In this document: piece by piece, positions 8,404-16,306 of the stretch
How positions within the stretch are numbered: position 1 is the stretch's first letter
Layout of the letters: each line of letters begins with the position of its first letter
IMG/VR virus record: IMGVR_UViG_3300023231_000002
Coordinates: 1 to 36,717 of that record
Origin: a virus
Strand: one strand, 5' to 3'
DNA length: 36,717 nucleotides
Position numbers and translations under genes: made by a program
The notes under the pieces: generated by a model
The model's input: only the letters and a program-made list of their open reading frames with translations
Databases searched by the model: none
What the model was told of the DNA's origin: nothing

Positions 8404-8663
8404 GCCAAGTGAGTTTTTGATACTGAAATTTCTCCTCTGGCACTCTTTTCAATCTCTCCCCTCCTTTTGTCTTCTCTTTCTGCTAGTATGAGCAGCACCC
8501 TCATGATTTTCTCATTTGACCTTTGCCCGTTTTTCACCATAGAGATCATGGATGGATGAAACTCATGATTGAGCATTTCACTGGCCTGCTCTCTGTAGTG
8601 GCTTGGCAGCCTCTCAGATAGTGTTTTGAGAGATCTCAGAGATAATTTTTTCTTTTTCGGCAT
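8400..8663 (-). CDS. First gene of the leftward early operon; possible Cro-like HTH protein, 87 aa
   Basis: ATG at 8663 checked. The segment HPSMISMVKNGQRSNEKIMRVLLILAE loosely resembles the second half of an XRE-type HTH. Position next to the divergent control region fits. Confidence 0.35.
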   Translation of the reverse strand: MPKKKKLSLRSLKTLSERLPSHYREQASEMLNHEFHPSMISMVKNGQRSNEKIMRVLLILAEREDKRRGEIEKSARGEISVSKTHLA

Positions 8664-8833
8664 TCTTTTTGTGATATATTATTTTGACGGTCACTAAACA
8701 ATAACTGAATAGTTACCAAACTATCACAAAAGTACATTTTTAATTGAATTATGAACCTTTTACAGTACTTAAATAAATATTAACCGTAAATAAATACAGA
8801 ATTATCTGATCATAAACGCTGATTTTTAAGGCT
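8664..8833. promoter_or_regulatory. Divergent control region between the early operon and the recombinase gene
   Basis: 170-bp AT-rich gap. It holds a perfect 10-bp inverted repeat, ttttgtgata (8667..8676) / tatcacaaaa (8722..8731). Minus-strand TACTTTTG (8734..8727) matches the Bacteroidota -7 box TAnnTTTG and overlaps the right arm. Confidence 0.4.
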
Positions 8834-9469
8834 ATGGAAACAAAAACCCTCAAAACCCTCAAAACCTATGTGATCCGAGCCATAAAAAAAGAGCAGATGG
8901 CTCAAAATCCATTTGATTCCTATAAGGTGAAAGGGCAAAAAGTGGAGATGGTGTATCTCACCAGAAGAGAAGTGGCCCGGCTGGAGGAGCTTTATGATAC
9001 CCTCACAGATTTATCATTGAAAAGAACCCTCCAGAGCTTTTTATTTTGCTGCTTTTGTGGAGGAATAAGAGTGGGAGATCTCCCTTTTTTAAACCAGCAC
9101 AATAAATCATTGAGTGAGATTCACTATGTGCCCAATAAAACAAGAGAATCCTCCTCCAAAGTGATCAGAATCCCCATCAATAAAAAAGCCAGAAAACACA
9201 TCAATCCAGCCGGGAAAATTGTGCCCACCTACTGCTCACAAGTGATGAATAGGCATTTAAAAACATTGGCTCAATTGGCTGAAATTGAAAAGCCAATCAC
9301 TTTCCATGTTTCCCGCCATACTTTTGCCACCTTATTTCTCCAGATGGGGGGGAAAGTAGAAGTACTAAAAGAGCTCATGGGTCATTCAGCCATCAAATCT
9401 ACGATGCAATATGTGCATGTCACAGATCAGAGCAAGCATTCCCAGATGGATGCCATGGACAATCTCTAA
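8834..9469 (+). CDS. Tyrosine recombinase, catalytic domain only, 211 aa
   Basis: Catalytic signature present: GGIRVGDL (Arg), HVSRHTFAT (H-x-x-R), GHSAIKSTMQYVHV (His...Tyr). The N-terminal arm-binding and most of the SAM-like domain are absent, and the 170 bp upstream cannot encode them. Confidence 0.85.
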   Translation: METKTLKTLKTYVIRAIKKEQMAQNPFDSYKVKGQKVEMVYLTRREVARLEELYDTLTDLSLKRTLQSFLFCCFCGGIRVGDLPFLNQHNKSLSEIHYVPNKTRESSSKVIRIPINKKARKHINPAGKIVPTYCSQVMNRHLKTLAQLAEIEKPITFHVSRHTFATLFLQMGGKVEVLKELMGHSAIKSTMQYVHVTDQSKHSQMDAMDNL

Positions 9470-12168
9470 GTCGCTATCCCAGCCAGCTTTTCCACCTTTT
9501 CCTTTCTGGCTTGTTCATCCTCCAGATCTCTCAATGGCAGATTCACTTTGAATTCTCTTTGCCATTTGTTCATGATAGCATTCTGCTGTTTTATCAGAGC
9601 AATGAGCTCAGATGATCCAGCTCCCGGATCTGCTCCCCCAAAAACTCCACCTTTTTCCATCCTCAGATTCTCAGAGGCCCCTTTGTAGTTAATGCCCGGC
9701 ACTTGTCCAGATTCATTGATGCTCCTTAAAGTAGGCAAAGTGGATGCATTCACAGAATTTTTACGGATGATCATTTCTCCCCCTTCCATCTCTGCTCTCA
9801 CTTGGCCTGTGGATGGATCGATCACTGGCATGCCTCCGCTGGAATGAGAGGGGCCATTTAGCACATCAAACATTCCTCCAGCTGCATATTTCTGGGAGGC
9901 TATCATGGCCACTTGCCCCGCTGTGGATGCCACAATTGCAGGGATGGCAAGCGGGGCCAAAACCCCTGTTTGTGCAGTTGTTTTAGTGATTGCCAAAGCA
10001 CCATTTATCAATGCCTGAGCTATATCAATGCCTTTCTTTTTATTAAAAGCTGCTTTTTGAATTTTTTCTTTTTCCTTTTCATATTCAGCCTCACTGATGA
10101 TTCCAGCATCCTTTTTCTTTTGCAATCCATCCAGCTCCCTTTGCTCATTCCTATCAGCCCCTTGGCTCAATAAAGTGAACCCTGTATCCAGAGCCTCAGA
10201 AAGCATTTCTCTTTTTGCCTCTGCCAGAGCTCTTTGGGATTCCTCCTCTTTTTTTACTTCCTCCTCCAAATAAACCCCATGAGCCTCTGCCCTGCGGGCA
10301 TATCCCTCCAGCATCAATTGATCTTTGACGGCCTCCAGCTCCACAGCACTATCAATCTCCAAAAGATTCTGTGCCTCCAGCCGTTCCATTGTCTGCATCA
10401 TCACCCTATCAGCTGCCCCGGAGGATTCTGGTTTGCTCTGTTTTTTATTGGAAAGCTCCCCAGATATTTCATTGATTTGCTTTCTCAGGGATTCTTTGAG
10501 CTCTGGAGAGATAAATTGATTTTTGAGCAGCTCATTTGATTTTTTGAGCTCCTTTTTCAGCTCTTGAGTACTCATTTGAGAGAATGATTTTGCAGCATTC
10601 CCCCCAGCCGCTGCTGCTGATTCTGTGATTTTAGGATCTTCAAAGAAATGGGCAAATGGCTCTACCACGTCATCCATGAGCTGTGCCACACTATCACCAT
10701 AAGCACCCAAAGCTTCTTTAAAAGCCTCTGTGCCATTGTCCATTTTGAAATCAGAAAGAAAATCAAAAGCAGCTTTTCCCCCTTCGATTAACGCCCTGAA
10801 ACCTGAAATCACAATTTCAATCTGAGTGATGAAAAGTTTCAAGGGGAGCATCAAAAGTTTCACTGCTGTTGTTACAAAATCCAGCACGTTCACCGTTGAT
10901 TCACCCTCATCACTCATGAGCCCCATGGATTCCCCGAGCTCAGAAAACGCATCCTGCAGGCTTGAAAAATTATCTTGAATATCTTTTGTGGCCTCCTGAA
11001 AACCAACCACTATCATGGATATCACATTCACAATGGCCATCAATCCTCCCTCTCCCTCAGAAAATTGCAGAATAAGGCCATCCCATGCGGAGCCCAATAT
11101 TTTGAGCCTGCCATCTAAAGTGTTCAATTGAGTATCAGCCATTTTCTCTGCTGCTCCTCCAGCATCACCAAGGGCCACAGCGAGCTCTCCCACTTTCTCA
11201 CTCTGCTCTGCTAGTACAAGCAAGGCAGCCTGCCCCCTTTCTCCCACCAGATCATTGGCAATGGCCAATCTCTCAGCTGGAGAGGTGGCCTCGTCCAGCG
11301 CTTTTTTCACATTCCCCAGGGATTCAGCCAATGGCTTTCCATCTTTTGAGAGCTCGTTGAATATTTTTTTCAATGATGTGCCAGCCATTGAGCCATGAAT
11401 ACCACTATCAGCAAGTTTTCCCAGCATGGCAGCAGTATCCTCAATGGAAACCCCAGCAGCCCGAGCCAGTGGAGCAGCAGCTTTCATTGACTCTTTCCAC
11501 TTTTCCATATCAAGGCCAGAGGATGAAAAGCTTTTTGCCATCACATCCACCACCCGCTGCATATCTGTGGCCTCAAGGCCAAAAGCCCTGAGTGATGATC
11601 CGGCCACTGTTGCCGCCTCTCCCAGCTCTGTATTGGTAGCAGCTGCCAGAGATAAAGTGGCCTCTGTTACGTTCAAAATTTCTTGCTCACTGAATCCCAG
11701 CTTTGCATATTCTGTTTGCAAATTACTCACCTCCGCAGCAGTAAAGGAGGTGATGGCTCCCAATCTTTTGGAATCAGCCTCCAGAGCCACAATCTCCTCC
11801 CGGGTTTTCCCGAGCACTGAGGCCAGATTGGCCTGAGCTTGCCCAAATTCTTTGATGGTATTAAATGCCCCCCTCAAAACATTAACCAGAGTGGAGATGG
11901 CAAGCAGTGGCCCCAGCTGAGCTTTCATAAAATTGCCAAAGCCTCCCCATGCTTTTCTCATTCCCCCCACTTGCTTTCTGTGCTGATCCAGCACACCCTT
12001 TATTTTGCGGAGCTCCTTCACTTTTCGATTGTAATCATCAGATCCTCTCTCTGCTTTTTTTACTGAATTTCTCAGAGAGTGAAATTCCTTTTCAATGGCC
12101 TTGATATTATCGGCCACCTCTTTGCCATTTATTTTAATGGTGACTTTTCTATTCTCTGTTGCGGCCAT
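9466..12168 (-). CDS. Tail tape measure protein, 900 aa
   Basis: TP901-type tape-measure core recognised (LGAITSFTAAEV...LGFSEQEI...ATLSLAAATNTELGEAATVAGSSLRAFGL...AAPLARAAGVSIEDTAAMLGKLADSGI). Long Ala/Glu-rich helical regions and size fit. Confidence 0.85.
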   Translation of the reverse strand: MAATENRKVTIKINGKEVADNIKAIEKEFHSLRNSVKKAERGSDDYNRKVKELRKIKGVLDQHRKQVGGMRKAWGGFGNFMKAQLGPLLAISTLVNVLRGAFNTIKEFGQAQANLASVLGKTREEIVALEADSKRLGAITSFTAAEVSNLQTEYAKLGFSEQEILNVTEATLSLAAATNTELGEAATVAGSSLRAFGLEATDMQRVVDVMAKSFSSSGLDMEKWKESMKAAAPLARAAGVSIEDTAAMLGKLADSGIHGSMAGTSLKKIFNELSKDGKPLAESLGNVKKALDEATSPAERLAIANDLVGERGQAALLVLAEQSEKVGELAVALGDAGGAAEKMADTQLNTLDGRLKILGSAWDGLILQFSEGEGGLMAIVNVISMIVVGFQEATKDIQDNFSSLQDAFSELGESMGLMSDEGESTVNVLDFVTTAVKLLMLPLKLFITQIEIVISGFRALIEGGKAAFDFLSDFKMDNGTEAFKEALGAYGDSVAQLMDDVVEPFAHFFEDPKITESAAAAGGNAAKSFSQMSTQELKKELKKSNELLKNQFISPELKESLRKQINEISGELSNKKQSKPESSGAADRVMMQTMERLEAQNLLEIDSAVELEAVKDQLMLEGYARRAEAHGVYLEEEVKKEEESQRALAEAKREMLSEALDTGFTLLSQGADRNEQRELDGLQKKKDAGIISEAEYEKEKEKIQKAAFNKKKGIDIAQALINGALAITKTTAQTGVLAPLAIPAIVASTAGQVAMIASQKYAAGGMFDVLNGPSHSSGGMPVIDPSTGQVRAEMEGGEMIIRKNSVNASTLPTLRSINESGQVPGINYKGASENLRMEKGGVFGGADPGAGSSELIALIKQQNAIMNKWQREFKVNLPLRDLEDEQARKEKVEKLAGIAT

Positions 12169-12540
12169 TTATTTGAGTTTCATTGATTGCGTTGTTAAAT
12201 CAGCAGATATTTTCTGCAAATCATCCCCCAGCTGGGGCACTGTTTTAGAAAGGCCATTACCAATCCAATTGCTCCCTTTTATTCCTTTTGAATAATATGA
12301 AACACTCCCCCTCTCAATGGCCCCGCTCTCCACACCATGATGCAGGATGTATCCATACCTTTTCACATCTGTAGAAATTCCCCATGGCTCATCACCATCT
12401 TTTCTCACTTTGGTTTTCATGCCCCGGATGAGCTTACCTGATTTTTTGTGACCATTGGATGATGCCGCAGCTTTTAATGCTGCGTTGATTCTGGGGGCAT
12501 GTTTTTCTGCCACTCTGGAAAGCTCTTGATCAATATTCAT
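12169..12540 (-). CDS. Hypothetical virion protein, 123 aa (weak HK97 gp10-like resemblance)
   Basis: SGKLIRGMKTKV...YGYILHHGVE loosely resembles the gp10-family pattern. Its stop abuts the tape-measure start. Confidence 0.3.
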   Translation of the reverse strand: MNIDQELSRVAEKHAPRINAALKAAASSNGHKKSGKLIRGMKTKVRKDGDEPWGISTDVKRYGYILHHGVESGAIERGSVSYYSKGIKGSNWIGNGLSKTVPQLGDDLQKISADLTTQSMKLK

Positions 12541-12552
12541 GATGAGATGAAT

Positions 12553-13335
12553 TTATGCTCCGCTATTACAAAGCCTTGAAAGCACATAAATGATATCCAG
12601 AGTTGAAACTTTATAATCCCCATTAAAATCCCCCCGAGCTGATGATGGTACAATGAATTGATAGGGCTCAAAATAAAAAGTAGTATCTGGTGTGGAATAC
12701 CACCGATATTCCCCCAATGCCCCTGCTTTACAAAATGGATATGGGGCCTGATTAAGTACGGCATACCCTTCCCCTGTGCGCCTGTATTCTGCTCCCTTCT
12801 CAAAAGTTCTCATTTCAAGTGCATGATGGCCGTTGCATTCTGGGATATATCCCTCACAATCCGGCCCCACATAAACCTGAAACTGTAAATCCTCCCCTGT
12901 GCCAGCAAATGAGCCATCCACCCACCACTGAACAGAATCAAAATCTAAATCCTGATTTCCTCCCCAGAGCATAGAGCCATCATCATTCCTTGTATAATTT
13001 TGCTCCCTCCACTTTGTTTGAGAGCAAAAATTCCCCTCTTGAAAGTAGGGAGCACAAGCAGGGATGATATCCTCATAATGAGTGCCGAAATAAGGTAGAA
13101 TATCAAAGAGTAAATCTTGAAAATTCAAGCACTCAGACCCCCCTGTTTTCATTTCCGCCACTGATAAGCAGCTATCAATCAGCCCAATGCTCAGCTCAAT
13201 TTTTAAATTGTGCTTTGTGGCATAATCTGTGATAAATAGATGGTATTGCTCAGCAGTCTCTGGCAGAGGAGTGCTAAATGGCTCACAGCTCAAAAAGCTG
13301 ATGGAAATCATGATTGCAAAAAGAAACTTTTTCAT
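12553..13335 (-). CDS. Secreted lipoprotein, 260 aa, Cys/Trp-rich, with a C-terminal dockerin-like calcium-binding repeat
   Basis: N-terminus MKKFLFAIMISISFLSC (signal peptide plus lipobox-like Cys17). C-terminal DFNGDYKVSTLDIIYVLSRL matches the D-x-N-x-D-x-x-V-x-x-x-D dockerin/EF-hand-like repeat. Confidence 0.6.
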   Translation of the reverse strand: MKKFLFAIMISISFLSCEPFSTPLPETAEQYHLFITDYATKHNLKIELSIGLIDSCLSVAEMKTGGSECLNFQDLLFDILPYFGTHYEDIIPACAPYFQEGNFCSQTKWREQNYTRNDDGSMLWGGNQDLDFDSVQWWVDGSFAGTGEDLQFQVYVGPDCEGYIPECNGHHALEMRTFEKGAEYRRTGEGYAVLNQAPYPFCKAGALGEYRWYSTPDTTFYFEPYQFIVPSSARGDFNGDYKVSTLDIIYVLSRLCNSGA

Positions 13336-13430
13336 AGGAGGCTCGTTTGATTAAACCAAACCTACTGAAATTCAATCCATTTTTATGGACAGCAGCCAGT
13401 TATGGAAACTAGAAACTAAAATTTAATTAT

Positions 13431-13682
13431 ATGAATGCTCAAATTGAAAGGATTAATGCAATGGCAAATAATGGGGAAGTAACAAGAGAGCTGCTCTCTT
13501 TAATTCTTGATTTTCATCAGCTCCATGCTTATGATACACTGCTAGAATTCTTGCAGCAAAGAATTCTGGGGATAATCACCTCAAAAGATGTATTAACTTT
13601 TGAATCCCTTTCTGAAAACCCCCAGAGATTTGATCTCCATGATCTGCTCTCTGTGATAAATAAACTTTGCAGCACCAAATAA
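13431..13682 (+). CDS. Opposite-strand small helical protein, 83 aa (moron-like)
   Basis: ATG at 13431. The stop runs directly into a hairpin terminator. This is the only plus-strand gene inside the late region. Confidence 0.5.
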   Translation: MNAQIERINAMANNGEVTRELLSLILDFHQLHAYDTLLEFLQQRILGIITSKDVLTFESLSENPQRFDLHDLLSVINKLCSTK

Positions 13683-13720
13683 AAAAAGCCCTAGTGATCA
13701 TCACTAGGGGCTTTTTTTTG
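13681..13720. terminator. Bidirectional rho-independent terminator
   Basis: Perfect 10-bp arms, ccctagtgat (13689..13698) / atcactaggg (13700..13709). Flanked by A7 (13681..13687) and T8 (13712..13719), so a U-run follows the stem on both strands. Confidence 0.7.
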
Positions 13721-13754
13721 TTTTAGTATTTTGTTATTGGGATTTGAGCCATTA

Positions 13755-14018
13755 TTATCCCCACCCATTTTTTCCACTATACTCTGTTTTAAAGCCCTTC
13801 ATCTGCTGGATAACTTGCTCTCCAATCCCTCCCGGATCCCCGTAAAACACAAACCCCATTCCTCCCGGTAGTTTCCCGGTTTTTACCACATCATTTGCAG
13901 GGGAAACTACCCTAATTTTACTCTCCAGCCCCTTTCTCACAGGGCATGATATTCTATGGGGCCACCCTGCCCATCTAAATCTCCCTTGATACATATAAAC
14001 TCTCCCTAGTTCTGCCAT
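13755..14018 (-). CDS. Hypothetical protein, 87 aa
   Basis: ATG at 14018 lies 4 nt after the stop of the upstream ORF. Last ORF before the terminator. Confidence 0.4.
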   Translation of the reverse strand: MAELGRVYMYQGRFRWAGWPHRISCPVRKGLESKIRVVSPANDVVKTGKLPGGMGFVFYGDPGGIGEQVIQQMKGFKTEYSGKNGWG

Positions 14019-14022
14019 CAGT

Positions 14023-14671
14023 TCACTGTTTTATCTGCTGGCCTAAGACATTAAATTTTGAGCCTGCAATTGTTTCTCGTTCTTTTTTCTGTTCATCAAT
14101 AGACAAATTCAAAAACCAGTTTTCACTCCACCACCAATCTCCGCACCCTGTCGACCAGCTCCAGCCGTCTATATTCACATAATATGGCCCCGGCTCCAGC
14201 TCAATTGTAAAATGCCACTCCTGCCTTGTGGGATCATAGACGGGCATGCAGCAGTAATTTTCAGAGGTCGCAAAATAACATTGGGTACCCCACACAAAAT
14301 CCATCTCTGAGCAGCTCCCCCCCTGATAAAATATCCATGGTGATACCCTCCAGCGGCCCATGATTCCCAATTGATGTACTATCCTCATCCACATAAGGCT
14401 CCTCGGGAGTTGTGCCCACATAAAACTCCACCATCCCTCCATGAATCACCTCAATAGTGTACCACAGATCATCATTGGGATAATGGCATGGATATGCCGG
14501 GAAAGTCCACCCCGGATCAAAAGGAATTTCAAAAGCAGAGGTGCAATCATAATTGCAAAATGATTCAGGTGATTGCTCCTCCACTGCAATTGCATCTGCA
14601 CAAAAATCATTTGGGCACTGGCTAAAAGCAGAGAAACCCCATAAAAGTAAAATAATTAGAAACCCTCTCAT
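14023..14671 (-). CDS. Secreted Cys/Trp-rich protein split into two overlapping frames at a G7 tract (frameshifted or phase-variable), about 216 aa if fused
   Basis: Frame A (14261..14671) starts with a signal peptide (MRGFLIILLLWGFSAFSQ). Frame B (14023..14442) looks protein-like only downstream of the C7 run at 14317..14323. Loss of one G, or a +1 shift there, joins ...MDILSGG to SCSEMDFVWGTQCYF... Confidence 0.5.
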
Positions 14672-14934
14672 ATAAGTCCCCTGTTTTTTGCTTTTCTCAG
14701 AGCGTTTTTTTCATCCCTTGCAAAGATTTCAACCCCATCAAAATAGAAAGCTTTCACTCCCTGCCGCCCCCTGATGCTGGCAGCATTCTTTTCCTTTTGG
14801 ATATAATTCAGCCCCTCCCTCCTGTTTTTTGGAGCAGGATGAAACCTCCTCTTTGTTCCCGGTTTTGTGGGCTCAACCTGGCTGGCCCCCATCATCCCAA
14901 TCATCCCTGCAATAAGTAATAAAATTTTTTTCAT
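14668..14934 (-). CDS. Small secreted basic protein, about 88 aa
   Basis: Signal peptide MKKILLLIAGMIGMMGASQ. The ATG at 14934 forms an ATGA overlap with the patatin stop; the track start at 14940 is also ATG. Confidence 0.55.
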   Translation of the reverse strand: MKKILLLIAGMIGMMGASQVEPTKPGTKRRFHPAPKNRREGLNYIQKEKNAASIRGRQGVKAFYFDGVEIFARDEKNALRKAKNRGLI

Positions 14935-15860
14935 TCCCATAGTTTCTTTGTTTTGCGGGCAATCACTTGCCCTGTATTATAGCAATAGTGAAATAAATTC
15001 TCTTGATGTTTCAGATCAGTATCATAAACCCCCTCCATGAATCCAGCTGGCTGGAAAAGCTCTATCAATTCAATGCCCATTTTTTTGCAATAGGCCCGGA
15101 GCTCAGACTGATCATTTTTACTGATTTCAAAATTCATGATAGCTATGGATCTCATCAGCATATCCAAAATATTTTTTGGCTCTGGCAATCCATCCAGCAC
15201 AGAATCCAAAATCTCTGGTCTGCTGTAAACAGCCACCACTATATCCAGTCTTTTATAACAATAATCTTTGAGGCTTTTGATAGGTAAGTGATTTCGCAAT
15301 CCCCCATCTGCTCCTGATTTGATTATTTCACTAAAAACAGGGATTGATGAGGAGGCTGAAATAAAATCATCCATGGGCATATCAGTATGGCCTGCTCTAT
15401 TGATGGCCCCCAGCTCAATGGCTCCTGATTTAATATTCACTTTTTCTGCATATACTGAAACTCCAGTTCTCTTGATGGCTTGATAAACCGACATTCTGCC
15501 AGCCTCCACAAAAAAATCTGTGGCATAAATGGATTTAAAAAGCTCCTGTTTCAGCTTTGACATATCCCCCAGATAATTCCTGCCCCGGATGATATTCATG
15601 ATAGCGTAAAATCTCAGCCCCCCCTTTTTTGTGAGGGGAGCTCGTTTCCAGAAATCTTTGGGCTGGATATTTTTGAAAGCCTCTGCTTTTTGACTCACCA
15701 CCCCAGCAGCCACAAAGGGAGCAATAATGGCCCCGGCACTAACTCCGGCCACCATTTCAAATATCATCCCCTCCTCCTCTAGTGCTAGAGCATAACCAGC
15801 GTGGCCAGCTATTTTTGTACCTCCCCCAGAAAATAAAATTCCTATGTTTTTTTTGCTCAT
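14931..15860 (-). CDS. Patatin-like phospholipase, 309 aa
   Basis: GILFSGGGTKIAGH (oxyanion-hole G-G-G-x-K), AGVSAGA (G-x-S-x-G nucleophile) and SGADGGLRNHLP (catalytic D-G-G). No signal peptide. ATGA overlap with the endolysin stop. Confidence 0.85.
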   Translation of the reverse strand: MSKKNIGILFSGGGTKIAGHAGYALALEEEGMIFEMVAGVSAGAIIAPFVAAGVVSQKAEAFKNIQPKDFWKRAPLTKKGGLRFYAIMNIIRGRNYLGDMSKLKQELFKSIYATDFFVEAGRMSVYQAIKRTGVSVYAEKVNIKSGAIELGAINRAGHTDMPMDDFISASSSIPVFSEIIKSGADGGLRNHLPIKSLKDYCYKRLDIVVAVYSRPEILDSVLDGLPEPKNILDMLMRSIAIMNFEISKNDQSELRAYCKKMGIELIELFQPAGFMEGVYDTDLKHQENLFHYCYNTGQVIARKTKKLWE

Positions 15861-16306
15861 GGCTTGAAAATTTTAAATAAGTCTTGGCCCGTATAAGCGC
15901 AATCTATATGGCTCCAAGTGGTGGTGAATTCAGGATCTTCAATCCTAGTGATCCTGCCTGATTGGATGAGCTCCCCCTCCATTGTTTTTAATTCCTCCAG
16001 AACCTCAGAAGGGCTGTATTTACACACAAAATCAAAAGCTCTCCCAAACTTATGCTGGGATAAGCTGGAGCCAATACCAGAGGAAAATGGCCTGAGCCCA
16101 GAGAATGCTCTTGTGCCACCCGCAGCCCAATTATTTACTGTAAAAGGGCAGCCCATTTTTTTTCTCACTATCTGGAGCCCTTCAATGATTCTATTATCTA
16201 AAAACTTCAATGGCCTGATTGTGCCATCATAAAAATCTGGATGAATCAATTCATCCAGATAAAAGTTTTCTGTGATTTTAATCCTCTTTTCTTGTGGGAT
16301 GAGCAT
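15857..16306 (-). CDS. Peptidase M15 family cell-wall hydrolase (endolysin), 149 aa
   Basis: Zinc-ligand pattern SQHKFGRAFD (H-x6-D) plus WSHID, as in M15/VanY-type phage peptidoglycan peptidases. Confidence 0.8.
   Translation of the reverse strand: MLIPQEKRIKITENFYLDELIHPDFYDGTIRPLKFLDNRIIEGLQIVRKKMGCPFTVNNWAAGGTRAFSGLRPFSSGIGSSLSQHKFGRAFDFVCKYSPSEVLEELKTMEGELIQSGRITRIEDPEFTTTWSHIDCAYTGQDLFKIFKP

Noticed and set aside
11426-11836. 136-aa plus-strand ORF, and similar antisense ORFs at 9913, 10234, 11373, 32125, 35006 and elsewhere
   Set aside because: They lie fully antisense to well-supported genes (tape measure, protease/scaffold and others). They are Ala/Ser/Pro-rich, as expected from reading GC-skewed coding DNA backwards, and lack plausible starts or context.
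12537-12803. 88-aa minus-strand ORF overlapping the 3' part of the lipoprotein gene
   Set aside because: It is out of frame inside a longer, better-supported ORF, and its sequence is low-complexity and junk-like.
13744-13760. DnaA-box-like sequences (ttatcccca at about 13744; tatatccacc at about 17086)
   Set aside because: Each has only 7 of 9 matches to TTATCCACA. They are isolated, not clustered, and not near the replication module.
14023-14060. C-terminal ...SKFNVLGQQIKQ as a type IX secretion sorting domain
   Set aside because: Only a short G-x-x-V/I-like resemblance is present. The 70-80-aa domain is not there, and read-through of the stop gives no continuation.
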